The translations under genes were made by a program, and so were the position numbers. Source: Blastocystis sp. Blastoise (lineage: Eukaryota > Protista > Bigyra: Opalinata). Taken from it: a DNA stretch of 64,000 nucleotides. The notes beneath the pieces were generated by a model, which was not told the origin of the DNA, made no database searches, and was given only the letters and a program-made list of their open reading frames with translations. Positions 42,701-55,299 of the stretch are shown here, piece by piece; positions within the stretch are counted from its first letter, which is position 1, and every line of letters starts with the position of its first letter. The stretch lies in the NCBI GenBank assembly GCA_039096225.1, contig JBBPEB010000005.1, forward strand, positions 186,001 to 250,000, in the 5' to 3' direction.

Positions 42701-44126
42701 CTATTATATACAATTTACTCCGTTTGTTCTTTTACTCATGATGATATAATATAGAAATCAACTTCTTATTACTTCTTATGGTTTATTTATTGTATTTCTA
42801 TTTATAGATTTATATATATTTTTATACGAATATTGTTCTCTCTTCATGTTATTGTCTTTAAAAATATACTAAAAATAATTATTATCGTCTCTTCTACTCA
42901 TTTATCACTGCCGATTATAAATTCAGTTGATATATGCATTCTTCCTTCTTCTTAACTTCAAATTTTATTTACAAGTTTTTAGTTATCTTCTTTATGATCT
43001 ACATATATAAATATATTCTCATTAAGTCTATGTCAATCTTTCCAATAATTTTTCTTCTGATAATCTTTCAAATGCTAACCTTTATATAATATCATGAATC
43101 TTAATCTAATACTTATTTCATGCTATTATAATATAAAATCCACATTACTTTCTATTATATCATATATTCTAATACTCTTTCGGATATATATAATCCCTCA
43201 TATGATACTTAATATAGATATAACACATCTTGCTCTTTCCTTTTGAATTCATGTATAAATATAAAATTGTTGGTGTAAACGATTTAAGATTCCACTTTAT
43301 ATATATGTTTTGGAAAATAGTATATTCTTTAGGAACCAATTGTTATCACTCTCTTTGTGATATTTGATTGATAAGTCAGGTAAATGATTTTAGTAGTTAT
43401 TTGGTTCTTTCTATTGATACATTATGATTGAAAATATATTTTGCTATTTATTTATATATTTAATCTTCTTGATTAGATATACTATTTGATTTAAGAAGAG
43501 TATACTTTATAGTTGTATATTATACTTTTGATTGAATAAAGATTCTTATTAGTATTGGATATTGTTTTAAAGTATTATACTAGAGAGATTAGTATATATG
43601 AAATAATTACTTCTAAAATAATATTTATTTTTCATATAAGTAATAATATTTCTCAGTTATTCGTTTGATCTGAATATAATAGTACTTGAAAAAGAATATA
43701 ATTAGAAAAATAATTGAAACAAGCGTTTCACGACTGGCTACGCCAGCCTACGCTTGAGTTTAGATAATTATTATCTCTCAATTGTTATATCTTACATTGA
43801 ATTTTAAAAAATGAATATTTATTCTTATGTTTTTGTTATTCATTTCTGTTTTTATTTTTTTTTTTTAGGATTAAAACTATTTCATATTTTATAAAATATT
43901 ATTTCAATTGCTTTTAATTGTTATCTTCTAATCTTAATTTTCAATTTAGTATTTTAAATAATTTAATTCATACATATTGATAATTCTTACTTAACATTCT
44001 ATATGTTTTTGAGTATTATTTCCTTTTTTTTTTTTAATATTCTTTTTAGCCATTTTTATTATTGATTATATATATTTATTGTTTATCAATGATAATTAAT
44101 TAACTCTTGTGTTTTATTTTTGATCT

Positions 44127-44311
44127 TATTTCTATTTCTATTTCTATTTCTATTTCTATTTCTATTTCTATTTCTATTTCTATTTCTATTTCTATTTCTA
44201 TTTCTATTTCTATTTCTATTTCTATTTCTATTTCTATTTCTATTTCTATTTCTATTTCTATTTCTATTTCTATTTCTATTTCTATTTCTATTTCTATTTC
44301 TATTTCTATTT
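44127..44311. repeat. (TATTTC)n hexamer microsatellite, ~30 units, inside the transposon
   Basis: Uninterrupted run; it produces the spurious ISISIS and FLFLFL ORFs. Confidence 0.95.
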
Positions 44312-45149
44312 AGTTTTTAGTTTTCAATATTAATTCACTTTTCTTTGTTATTTCATTTATAACTTTCTATGTATTTTATCAATTCATTTAGTTTTATAAA
44401 TATTTAGTATTTTAAATAATATCAATATGATTATAAAATACTTTTTCTTTTAAAACATATTATTATCACTTATACCCTACCTTTAAATATTTATGTTTTA
44501 TTTGAATTAGTCTATATAATTATTATTGTGAGAAATAGCTTATTCTCTTGTCTAAAAAAAACATTATATATTCTTTTCATATATTGTTTTGTTTTATTTT
44601 TAAAATATTATAATTTTGATATCTATTTGTTTTTTTATATTTTATCCTTTCCTTTTATATATACTATTATATAAATATTTTAGAAATTTTATTATACAGC
44701 TTTTCTCAATTAATAAATGTTTAATTATATAAATAGTAATCATATCTTGATATTATTTGATAAATATTATAATTTTTCTTTTATTATACTTATTTTAGTT
44801 TGAATTATTAATACAAAAGTACTCTTAATAATTAAAAGATATTTATTACTTTATATAATAAACAAAAAAATTAGAGTCTTATTTTAATATTTATCATTAA
44901 TAGAATCTATTCGTTTTAAGTAAAAGAGAATATTTATAGAGAAATTATCTTTTCATTATTTAAAATTAATTAATTCAAGTTTAATTCAATTTTTATAGTG
45001 TTATCAAAATCATTCTAGAAATAAAAAATAAAAACTAAAATATAAAACAAAAATTACATTTCATTTCATAACTAAATAGATTTAAATACTTTGGAAACTT
45101 TACCTATTATACATACAATATAGCTTCTAAAACAAATAAGTTATCATAA

Positions 45150-45900
45150 AAAAACTCTAAAAGACTGTAACGTTTTTAAATACATATACTCACTTTTATT
45201 TTAACTAATTTTATATTCATATACATATATATTTGATTTATTATTTTAATTTGTAAAAAATAACTTGAATCTCTTTTGTTTTAAGTCACAATTACAAAAA
45301 ATGAGTTCTTTTGAAAGACAAAAAACATTCTTTAAACAATAATAATTTTGTATTTAGTGACATAAAAACGTATTGTACTGTTTTAGAAACAATTAAAATC
45401 TTTTTACCCATTTTAACACTCCTATCAAACAGTCAACCATGTTTAATTAAACTAATTTTTAATATTTTATATTCTATAATAAGTCTATTTATTATTATTA
45501 TAAAAAGTGACTTGAATCTCTTGACATAACTATTGTAATTCTAAAGAATCAAATTTTTGAACAACTCAAAATGTTTATTTATTGTAGATTTTAATATGAA
45601 ACACTCATAAAACACTCAATATATACTTATTGTAACCATTTTAGAAAAATAGACTCATTTTAACATTTTGGTCAAACACACAACCACCTTTATTTCAAAC
45701 AATTCTTTTATTATTATAAACATTAAACACTCTAATACTCATTTTTATAAAAAGTGTATTGAATCTCTTCACTTAAGACAGTCAAACAGACAATTCAAAA
45801 TTATTTTACCCTTTAAACTCATTATAAAGTGATAATATTTATAGAATTGCTTTGATATGTGGTTTAGGACATATTTAACTACTTTTTTCAAAATTATGAG
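45150..45900. repeat. Degenerate 247-bp tandem repeat, ~3 copies
   Basis: TGAATCTCTT at 45266, 45513 and 45760 (exact 247 spacing). ATTTTAACA...TCAAACA...CAACCA at 45410 and 45657. Boundaries are approximate. Confidence 0.75.
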
Positions 45901-46039
45901 TCAACATGTGCATATACTCATTCACTCGTCTAACCCAATTTTGACTAATTTTTTGAGAAATGCAATACATATAAGGTCTAGTTTACAAATATATAAAAAT
46001 TATTTGTCAAATATGAATTTGATTTGTCAACTTTCGGAA

Positions 46040-47500
46040 AATTTTTAGAAAAACGATTTTTCAATTTTCAGTTTTTTAACATGTTATACTATTGACTCTA
46101 CTGAACTCATTTCTTAATTAATTTTAAATGTTAAAATTTATATCGTTAATATATTTTATTCTCTATATTTATTTGTTAAAATTATAATAAATAATAAAAT
46201 ATTGACTGAGAAATTAAAACGATAAACTATACCCTTTTTTCAAAAAAAATAATTTTTATGTTTTGCATATATAATTTTTTTTCTCAAAAGTTATTTTATA
46301 TTTTGATAATATTTTTATAAATTTATAAGCTATAGGTTGTCTAGTTTATATATAAGTTTTATTTATTTTTTAAAAATTAATATTGATGGAGAAATTGTCA
46401 AAATAAACTATAGTATCAAAAATGTTTTCTTTTTTTAAACGATTTATTTCACTAATTAAAGACTAATAAAAGCATATTTATTTATTTAAAGCTTATTTAT
46501 GACATATACAACTCATAAAGACTCATAACTAACTTTTTAAAGCAAACATTGTCTGTATCAGTTCAACATGTTGTCTTAACTTTTTCAAATAAGTCACGTA
46601 CAGTGTCTATGAGTGGTTCTAAACACATATTAAAACGTTTTAAGAGTTTATTGAGTTAACATTGTCTGGTGATCTGTTGTTAAAGTCTTTTAAAAACAAA
46701 ATAAAATTGTAAAATATGTTTATTTTGGTATGTAGTTTTTAAATATAAAGTCAAATGTCAAATAAAATTGTTAATGATGAAAATATAAACAAAAAACAAA
46801 TGAAAACTTTTTAAGAAAATTTTTTGAAAGTCATTTTTTATTGAGTTCAACTATTGACTCTTGTCACCTGAGTTTTCAATTAATTAAAAAAATTGAAAAA
46901 TATGTATCTGCTATGACATGTCTAGTTTCTAAATATGTTTTAACTTTTTTATTTTATTAAGAATTGATTGAGAAATCACAATAACAAACTATACCCTTTT
47001 TTGAAAATTTTCATTTTTATGTTTTTCATATAAATGAATGTTTCTCAGTCAATATTCAATATTTAGATAAAATAAAAAATATGTATCTGCAATAGCTTAT
47101 CTTAATTATAATTATACTTTTATTTTTAAAAAATACCCAAAACTCAAGGAGAAAGACGAATAACAAACTATACTATCAAAACATCAAAATTTCTATTATC
47201 AAATATTTTCTTATTAAAACTTTTTAAACAACTAAAAGATATACTTATGACATGTATTGATTCTAAATAACTTGAATAAACTCAAATAAGTTTATAAAGA
47301 AGGAATGTGTCGGATATCAGTTTGTCTTTTGTCGTTATTTAAAGGAATTATTGTTGTTTTAGAGTAGTTGAGGTCAGTATCATTGCATATGAAATGTTTT
47401 TAGAGTTTATAGTTAGTGATGTGTGTATTGATATGTTGTCAAGTTCTTAATATAAACAAATTTACCCGTCAAAACTATTCATTAGACTAACCCGTCAATA
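46040..47500. repeat. Degenerate ~762-bp direct duplication, each copy containing ~180-bp subunits
   Basis: ACTATTGACTCT at 46088 and 46850. AAACTATACCCTTTTT at 46224 and 46986. AAACTATA-N-TATCAAAA at 46405 and 47165. Confidence 0.8.
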
Positions 47501-48164
47501 AAAGTCAATTTTATAAAAATAAATATAAAGAATGTGAGTAGATATAGAAAAAATAAGAAAACAATAAAAAATAAAAAACGAAAAATAAGTGTTTTTATAA
47601 AAATGAAAAATATTGGATAAAATAGAAATAATCCAATAATTTTGGTTAAAATTTTGTGCGAAAATGGTTTTTTGCATTTTTTAGCCAGAAATTTAGAGTT
47701 TTCGAAAAATTTCTTTAACAGTCATTTTTAGAATTGTGTTCCGGATTTTATGATGTTATTTTTATTTTATAAAAGTTAATAACAAAGTCAATAAATGTGA
47801 AAGTGTGTGAGACACCGTACGCTACATGAACTAAATTAAGGATATTAATATAGATAAAAATTATTAAGGAATAGTGATTCTAATTAAGAAACTATATACT
47901 ATTGATATAATCAAATATATAAAGGAATATTCAATGTCATCTATTTATAATTATATTTAAAAGATAACAGTATATCTTCTTGAGTTAATTAAAACAATAC
48001 AAATTATAATGTAACAATAAAACATTATGGAATACAAATAGTTAATATAATGAAAACAATATAAATATATAAATATTAATAGTAAAAGAAATCAATGTAC
48101 TTTGTAGTATAAATACAGTAATTAAGTAGTTGGATTAGATTAGTGATTTTGTTGCTAGATGTTA

Positions 48165-50900
48165 TCAATCGAGTTTCTTTTTCTTTAATTTATCTATATA
48201 TAATTAAGAATAGATTCTATATTATGTGAATTATGAATATAATACTTATAATATACATACGCTCTAAAACAGTAGTTATAAGTGATGAAGAATCAATGAT
48301 ATCAGAAGTTAATCCAATTGTCATTTGGGTTGTTGGATTAATAGTGTTTCTGTATTTGTTTTTTATATACACGAGATGACTGAAACCGCTCTCACAGAGA
48401 TATGAAGTTGCAAAGGGAAGAAAACATTTCTTGGCTATATCATATAATAATGGAAAACGACTCTTATGGCTTATATAGAACTCATCTATTGGTACGTTAT
48501 TAAATTCTTCTCTACATGTTTTATCAGCAAGTAAACAGAAATACTCTTCTTTAACATGAAACTCCATTTTATTTTCGTCAGCTACTTTTGAAAATGGATT
48601 AGTAATCCAATATAAAGAATGATCAATAAGATTAGTTGTTGGTGTATTTTTTGGTTTTTTTATGTTACTATTCGTTTTCTTCTGCTTTTTATTCTTTTGT
48701 ACTTCTCCTTGATTTGTATTATTACTTATTTCATTTGGAATGATTGCCCCAAGAGTTATTATACAATTGATATTAGCCTGAATTATATTTATATTACTAA
48801 TGATTCCATTGTATTGTCCTTGAATACTACTATTAGGGAAATTATTAAGAACACCAGAAATACTACCTAAAGTGTATCCATATACTAAATATGGAAAGTC
48901 AATTCTAATCGTTACTTGAGTTTCTATTAATTGCTGAGTAACTATGTCAACATAGGTTATTAAGCCATTTACAACTCCATTTGGAGATACGCAACCTTGT
49001 AATGATCCAAGAATATTAAATTGGTTTGATACTACTGATGTATTGTTATTAACATTACTATTCACTTCATGAGATATATTTGATGTATTATGTGTATTTT
49101 CTTGGTCTATTAAATATTCATTAAGGTCTTGAAGATACGATTCATCACTACCAATATAATTTAGTATTTCTGGGAAATAATTCAGTAAATTACGTCGAAG
49201 AGTTATTAGATGATTTTTGATATAAAATATGATTGAATTAATATCAAGCTTGGTTGTAGATACATAATCCTTAAGTTTCGTAAATGATGAATAATCGTTA
49301 TTATTTATTAGTCTTTCTAATCTCAACGATAATTTTATAAATAAATCCTTCATAATGTCTATTAACCCAAATATATATCTATGCTGTCCTTGCATTGATT
49401 TATTACAATCATAGAATAAACTGGTAACATCCTCAAGGTATAACATTGAAGCTATGAAGTTAGTATCAATAATGGTGTTATATAAGTCCTTCTTTTCTTT
49501 ATCCTTTTTTATTACTAGTGTTATTCCATTTCTAAGTAAATTAAATCTTTTAATTGATGAATGGCATGAAAGCCATCTTGTAGGGCAATAAAGGAGAAGT
49601 TTATAACTTCTAATATTTTTTTCCTTTTTTTCTTCCTTCTTATCATTACTATAAACTTCATGAATATTATTATCTATATTATTATCTGTATCAGATGTAT
49701 CTAAAAGGGATTCAACTACTTTATTATATTCTATCTCTAAAGAAGATATATTATTAGGGGAATCAGGTATGTTATCTTGAGGAGAGAAGATAGAAGAGGT
49801 TAATGAATATTCATTATCAATATTGTAATTATTGGATTCGTCTTGTCTAACAGCAGACTTCTTTATATATGAAATTATCTCAACAGCACTTTTGAATATA
49901 TTAGTGAAGTATTTTGGTAAACAGTTTACACAGAGTTCTTCTCTATGAAGAAAACAGTGGATGAACATACAATTCTTATTCTTCTCTAGTACTCGTGTTT
50001 TGAAGGAGTTTTTGTCTCCATTCATATTCGAAGCACCGTCAAAAGTAGCTGATACGCAATTATTCCACAGAAGGTTATTATTATTAAAGAAATTATCTAC
50101 CATGTTAAATATATTATCACCTGTTTTGGAACTAATCTGAAAAATACTTAAAAATGATTCAGTAAACTTTTTATTATATTCGTATCTAGCATAAACGAGT
50201 AAATAGGATTTCATTTCTATGTCAGTTGACTCGTCAAGCTGAATAGAAAATGATCCTGATTGTCTTATCCTATTTATTACTTCTTGTTGAATTGTCAAAG
50301 CAATTTCATCACTTTTTCTTTTGATACTGCTTGAGGATAACGGAAGATTAGAAAGGACTTTGACATTCTTTAACCTTTCATATTCTTCAATAATAGGTTT
50401 AACTAATTTTTCTCCAGTTCTGTAGCTGTATCCATTCTTTGAAATGGAGTAGGCGATGAAATATGAAAGCTTACTGGATAAATCTGAAAAGCTAAAGAGA
50501 GAATTTGAGTATTCTGTGTTTTCATTATGATCTTTTAAGAGTTCTTGAATGTCATCATATGTGTATTTGCTTAACCCATGTTTATTCTTGAAATGAGTGA
50601 AGAGTTTTGAGGCTTCATAACCTTTACACGTGAGAGTAGACTCACAGATTAAACAAAAATAGGAGTTTTTTGTTAATTTTTTAAATCCATAAACAACTGG
50701 ATTGGCATTATATCTTTTAACTCCTTCTTTTACTTCACTATAATATTTGGATTTAGGATTAATGTCTGGTTTATTATTCGTTTCTTCTGTAATTATGTCA
50801 TCATCTTTTTTTTTTTTCGTCTGTTGTAGACTTGTCAATCTATATATATATATATATATTACTATTAATATACTTGTAATTTTTTAAAGTACTGTTCCAT
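48165..50900 (-). CDS. hAT transposase, Buster/ZBED5/SCAND3-like; 3 exons; one extra A in an A12 run as assembled
   Basis: BED finger CLIC...HFKNKH. Catalytic D (QLDESTD), D (TFDGASNM) and E (YLCESGFS). CxxH motif HCFLHRE, TRWLS, WITNPF, and dimerisation domain LPFATSYLCESGFSHLVYIKNKYRN. Exon 1 (50874-50900) reads MEQYFKKLQ, followed by a 34-nt intron. A 3' intron gives a terminal exon HKLKKKKLD and TGA at 48165-48167. Confidence 0.92.
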
Positions 50901-51313
50901 GTGTTTAAACAATAAAAAAAGTTTATCTAATATAGAATGTTCTTTTTGGTTTAGCAAAACATTTTCCCTTATATTTTTGTTTTTCCCGTGTTTTCATCAC
51001 TTAAAATAACTATGAAAATCACGGTAATAAAAAAGTAACTTTGTTATTTAAGCGCAAAAATTTTGGTCCTTTCGCTTAACGAGTAACTACGTGGTGACCC
51101 CTGTCTGCTAGAATTAAAACTCCAATGAATTATTACTTTATGAATACGTCTTTATTTACAAGAATATGATTGGATGAAAAGGACATGAACATATGGCTAC
51201 ATAAGACGGTTGGACTCACATATGACTGGACTCTTTCAACTAAGACTCAATCGCTTCTTCTCTATATATACAACTTTTTTTCAAGTTTGACTGTGTGTAA
51301 TTGATCTTATACG

Positions 51314-52630
51314 ATGTCTAGAATTTTATTGGAATTCAGAATCCCTCTTCCATTCTCTGCTGAAGACGCTAAACAAGCATATCCTTATGGTAACACAGTA
51401 GCTCTTAAGCGATTATATGATTTTCATTGTGCTTGTGACTGGAGTATTTCAGAAAATTTTGATAATTCTGATGGAAGTCAAGAAGGATCACCCGTTTTCA
51501 ACTTACCTATTCCTCAAATGAAAGGTCAATATGATTATAAAGTGTATTTCTAATTAAAAAAAAATAATTTATAATTTCTGTTTATTATTTCTATTTTTTA
51601 CAGAACAGATATGGCTAGTATGTATCCTGCATTCGTTATTGCATGTGTTCCTGGACATCAATTAACTTGTGAAGAGGAGTGTTATACATCTTTACCTTAT
51701 ATCGAAGCTTGGAGTTCTTCAAAACTTGTAGGTACTGATAGATTTACTTGTAAGATTAAAACATTATTTAAAGATGATTTAGTATATATATATTTATTTA
51801 TTATATATTAATATTTATATGTATATTTATTATTTATTAATATTTATATATATATTTATTATATATTAATATTTATATATATATTTATTATATATTAATA
51901 TTTATATATATATTTATTATATATTAATATTTATATATATTTATTATATATTAATATTTATGCTTAACAATAGGGTACAGAAGATAATGTATTTAATTTA
52001 TCTGAAGATGAATTAGAAAAACGTTCTATTGAATTTCGTGATATTAATCAACATCATTCAACAGAAAAAGTGAATCCAGTCCTTGATATAAAGAATTTTA
52101 AATGTACAAAACGTGGATTTGGTCCTTTACCTGAGGATTGGATAGAAAATAGTTGTATATATTAATACTATTATTATTATAGAATAAACTATTTATTTTT
52201 ATTTTTTTAGGTATTCCTTCAAAGTGTACTATGTATAGATTAATCGATATCAAGTATGATTCTATTAATTATAATATTGAAATATTATAATTTATCTAAT
52301 AACATTAATATATAGATTCAATTTATTAGGATTATCTACTATTATATCTACTCTTCTCAGTAATCAACATAAACAATATGAACCTGAAGTATATATATAT
52401 ACTATCATTATATATTATTATTAAATGATATTTATATTAAATAATTTTTTTTAAAACTAGATATATATTAAATAGATATTTTTTTTCATAATTTATTATA
52501 TATATAGATTGCACGTGATATGGTGCGTACAATGGACGAATGGATTGATATGACTGATGAGGATATTAAACGTATTGAAACAGAATGTCGTGAGACACTC
52601 AAGGAACAAAGCCAAAAATTAAAGAAATAA
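51314..52630 (+). CDS. Phosphatidylinositol transfer protein (class I PITP, START-like fold), divergent; multi-exon
   Basis: LEFRIPLPFS, KGQYDYKV...LPY, DDLGTEDNVFNLSEDELEKRSIEFRDI, RGFGPLPEDW, MDEWIDMTDEDIKRIE. Stop TAA at 52628-52630. Confidence 0.88.
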
Positions 52631-53679
52631 TATATTTCAGAATAGCTTCCTTTATTCATCTATTTGGTGAGTTTTCTATATATATATAAATATTATTTTA
52701 TTGAGTATCATTTAACTAACTTTTGAAATCTTTTTGTTTATTGTTTTCTAAATTATTTAGTTATTTCTTTTGTTTCTGCATATATGATAGTTGATTATTT
52801 ATTATAATTGTTATCATTGTTTTCTATTTTTCTATTTAATAAGCACAAAATAGTTGAATTTTTAATCTTTATTAATTGTGTATCTATATGATTATTCACT
52901 ACTTTGATTATTTGTATATTATAACTGTTAAACAAATGATATACACATATTATTAATATAAATATGTATCTAAAAAATGAGACACATTTCATAATAATAT
53001 ATTTTATACCATAAAACATTACAAGTGATAAAAAACAATTTCAAAGAGACCATCTATACTTGATTCTATCAACACCTACCCATAGGGATCAATAAATTGT
53101 CTTATTTAATCAAACATGAACATAAATTCGACAGACATGAAATAACATTTAATAGCATAAAATTTACATCTCATTATGTAGAGTACAATATATAAAATAT
53201 ATACAACAAATAATACATTATGACTACTGAATAATTTTGCAACAATTCTTTAGCATTACATACGAAAGACTTTTAGTGCTTTAAGATTATTCTCGTATGC
53301 AAAATGTCTATATATTTAGATGGAAAAACAAGCTGAATTAAAAATCTCAATATAATATAAACAATAAAAACAGTAAGACTAGAATCTTTTTTGTAATTAT
53401 TCTCCAAATGAAAACAGAGATGACACGTCTAAAACACGAATACTATTTTGATGACATCATTCGATGAAAAAGTAGATGCATCAGAAAAAACCCAAAACGG
53501 ATCTCAATTCAATACTATTCTCGTAAATTAACGGGGAATCAATAAGATATGGAGATTTCAGTATTAATCCCGCGATTCCCGACTCTATAATCAAAGAAGC
53601 TTTCGGTACAAGTATTGATTTTATACTTTGTTAGAGTATTAGCTATTCTATTTAAATACTATCTAATACTAGAAATTGA

Positions 53680-55265
53680 ATGGGATCTTCCTTAGGCAAA
53701 GAAATAACAGTAGGAGAAACAAAACTCCGTATAAAAGATTTGTTATATGAAAGAGACAGATGGCATATATACTTATCACAAGATGTATATGATCCAAACA
53801 TTTCATATGATTTACATATTGCTACAATACAAGATGGAGATACTGAGACAGAAACTCTAGTTCTCAGAGATATGGAGATATGGAAACATTTTCCTGTTCA
53901 TTCAAATTTGGCAAAATATATTGACTCATGCATAGTACAAGATGGAAATATTAAACGAGCTATTATTGTCACTGAGCATTATGATGGTGAGTGGATAATT
54001 ATTTCATTTATATATATATTTTTTTAATGTATATATTTTCTTAGATTTATTATATAAATATATAAATCTATCTAGGTGGTAACTTAGAGAATTATGTTCA
54101 GAATTTATATCCCCAACGTTTAAATGAAAAAGCTATTTTAGCAATTATTCGTGATGTTGCTTGTGCAATCACTATTTTACATGAACAGAAACCCTCTGTG
54201 ACTCATCGTGTATTAATTGTATGTATATATCATTCTAAAATACTTTAGTAGTCTAGTGTCATTATAGTATAGCTAATATTTTTGAATTTATTATTGTAAT
54301 ATCTTTATATATATAGCCATCCAATATATTCTTCGATAATAGTGGTGCTTATTATAAATGTAAATTGGCTCCATCTTCATTATTAGGATCAGAATCAATT
54401 GTATTTATGTAATATTATAGTTCTTTTTGTGTTTTTATTATATATCATTTTTTAATATTTTTATTATTTTAATGTTTTTTAATATTTTTAATATTTTAAA
54501 TATTTTAAATATTTTAAATATTTTATAATTGTTATTTTTATGCTTTAAATAACTATATATATATATATAGACTCCTAGTAGTATTGAAGGAATAAGTTCT
54601 TTAGAAAAGGTTATTGATAGAGTTTTAGATCCTGGATATGCTCCTCCTGAATTATATAATATGTATATATATATATAATGAATACCTTATTTAACTTTAT
54701 TACTTGATAATTAATAGAGAATAATTTGAGTATTCATTTTATATTTATTATTAATAATAAATAGGAATCATGATATATATATATAATATTTTTTTTTTAT
54801 TTGTTCATAGATATTTATATATATTTATATAGTTATAAACTTCGTAAAATAACAGATAAAGTAGATATATGGGAATTAGGTATTCTCTCCTATTTCCTTG
54901 CATTCTACACGACTCCCTTCGTAGGGGATAATGGCCTCGTTAAAAGCGACTCTCTCGAAGAGGGACGTATCACTTTTGTTGATGAATACGCGTCACAATT
55001 CTCTATTGAATTCCTCGATTTTATTAAATATATGCTTGTTCCTGATTTTAAAAAGTATTTTTTCTTTTATTTATTATTATTTTTTTTATATTTTTTTTTA
55101 TTATTTTTTTTTATTATTTTTTATTATTTATTTTATTATTATTATTATTATATATATATATAGACGTCCTTCTATTCGTCAGGTTCTTGATAAATTAGCG
55201 ACAATTCCGCGTTTTAAGCCCTCCAAAGAATATTTAGAACTCACTGCTAAACCTGTTAAACCTAC

Positions 55266-55299
<34 letters not shown>

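Noticed and set aside
40100-43650. Gene in an alternative genetic code (TAA/TAG read as Gln)
   Set aside because: TGA stops also occur, no single frame is recognisable as a known protein, and neighbouring genes terminate at TAA, TAG and TGA. Ordinary decay explains it.
45150-47500. CRISPR-like array
   Set aside because: The periods (180-762 bp) are too long, the repeats are degenerate along their whole length, the context is eukaryotic and there are no cas genes.
48165-50900. Domesticated single-copy ZBED-like host gene
   Set aside because: Terminal and subterminal inverted repeats and a TSD-like duplication are still present, favouring a transposon. Copy number cannot be checked here.
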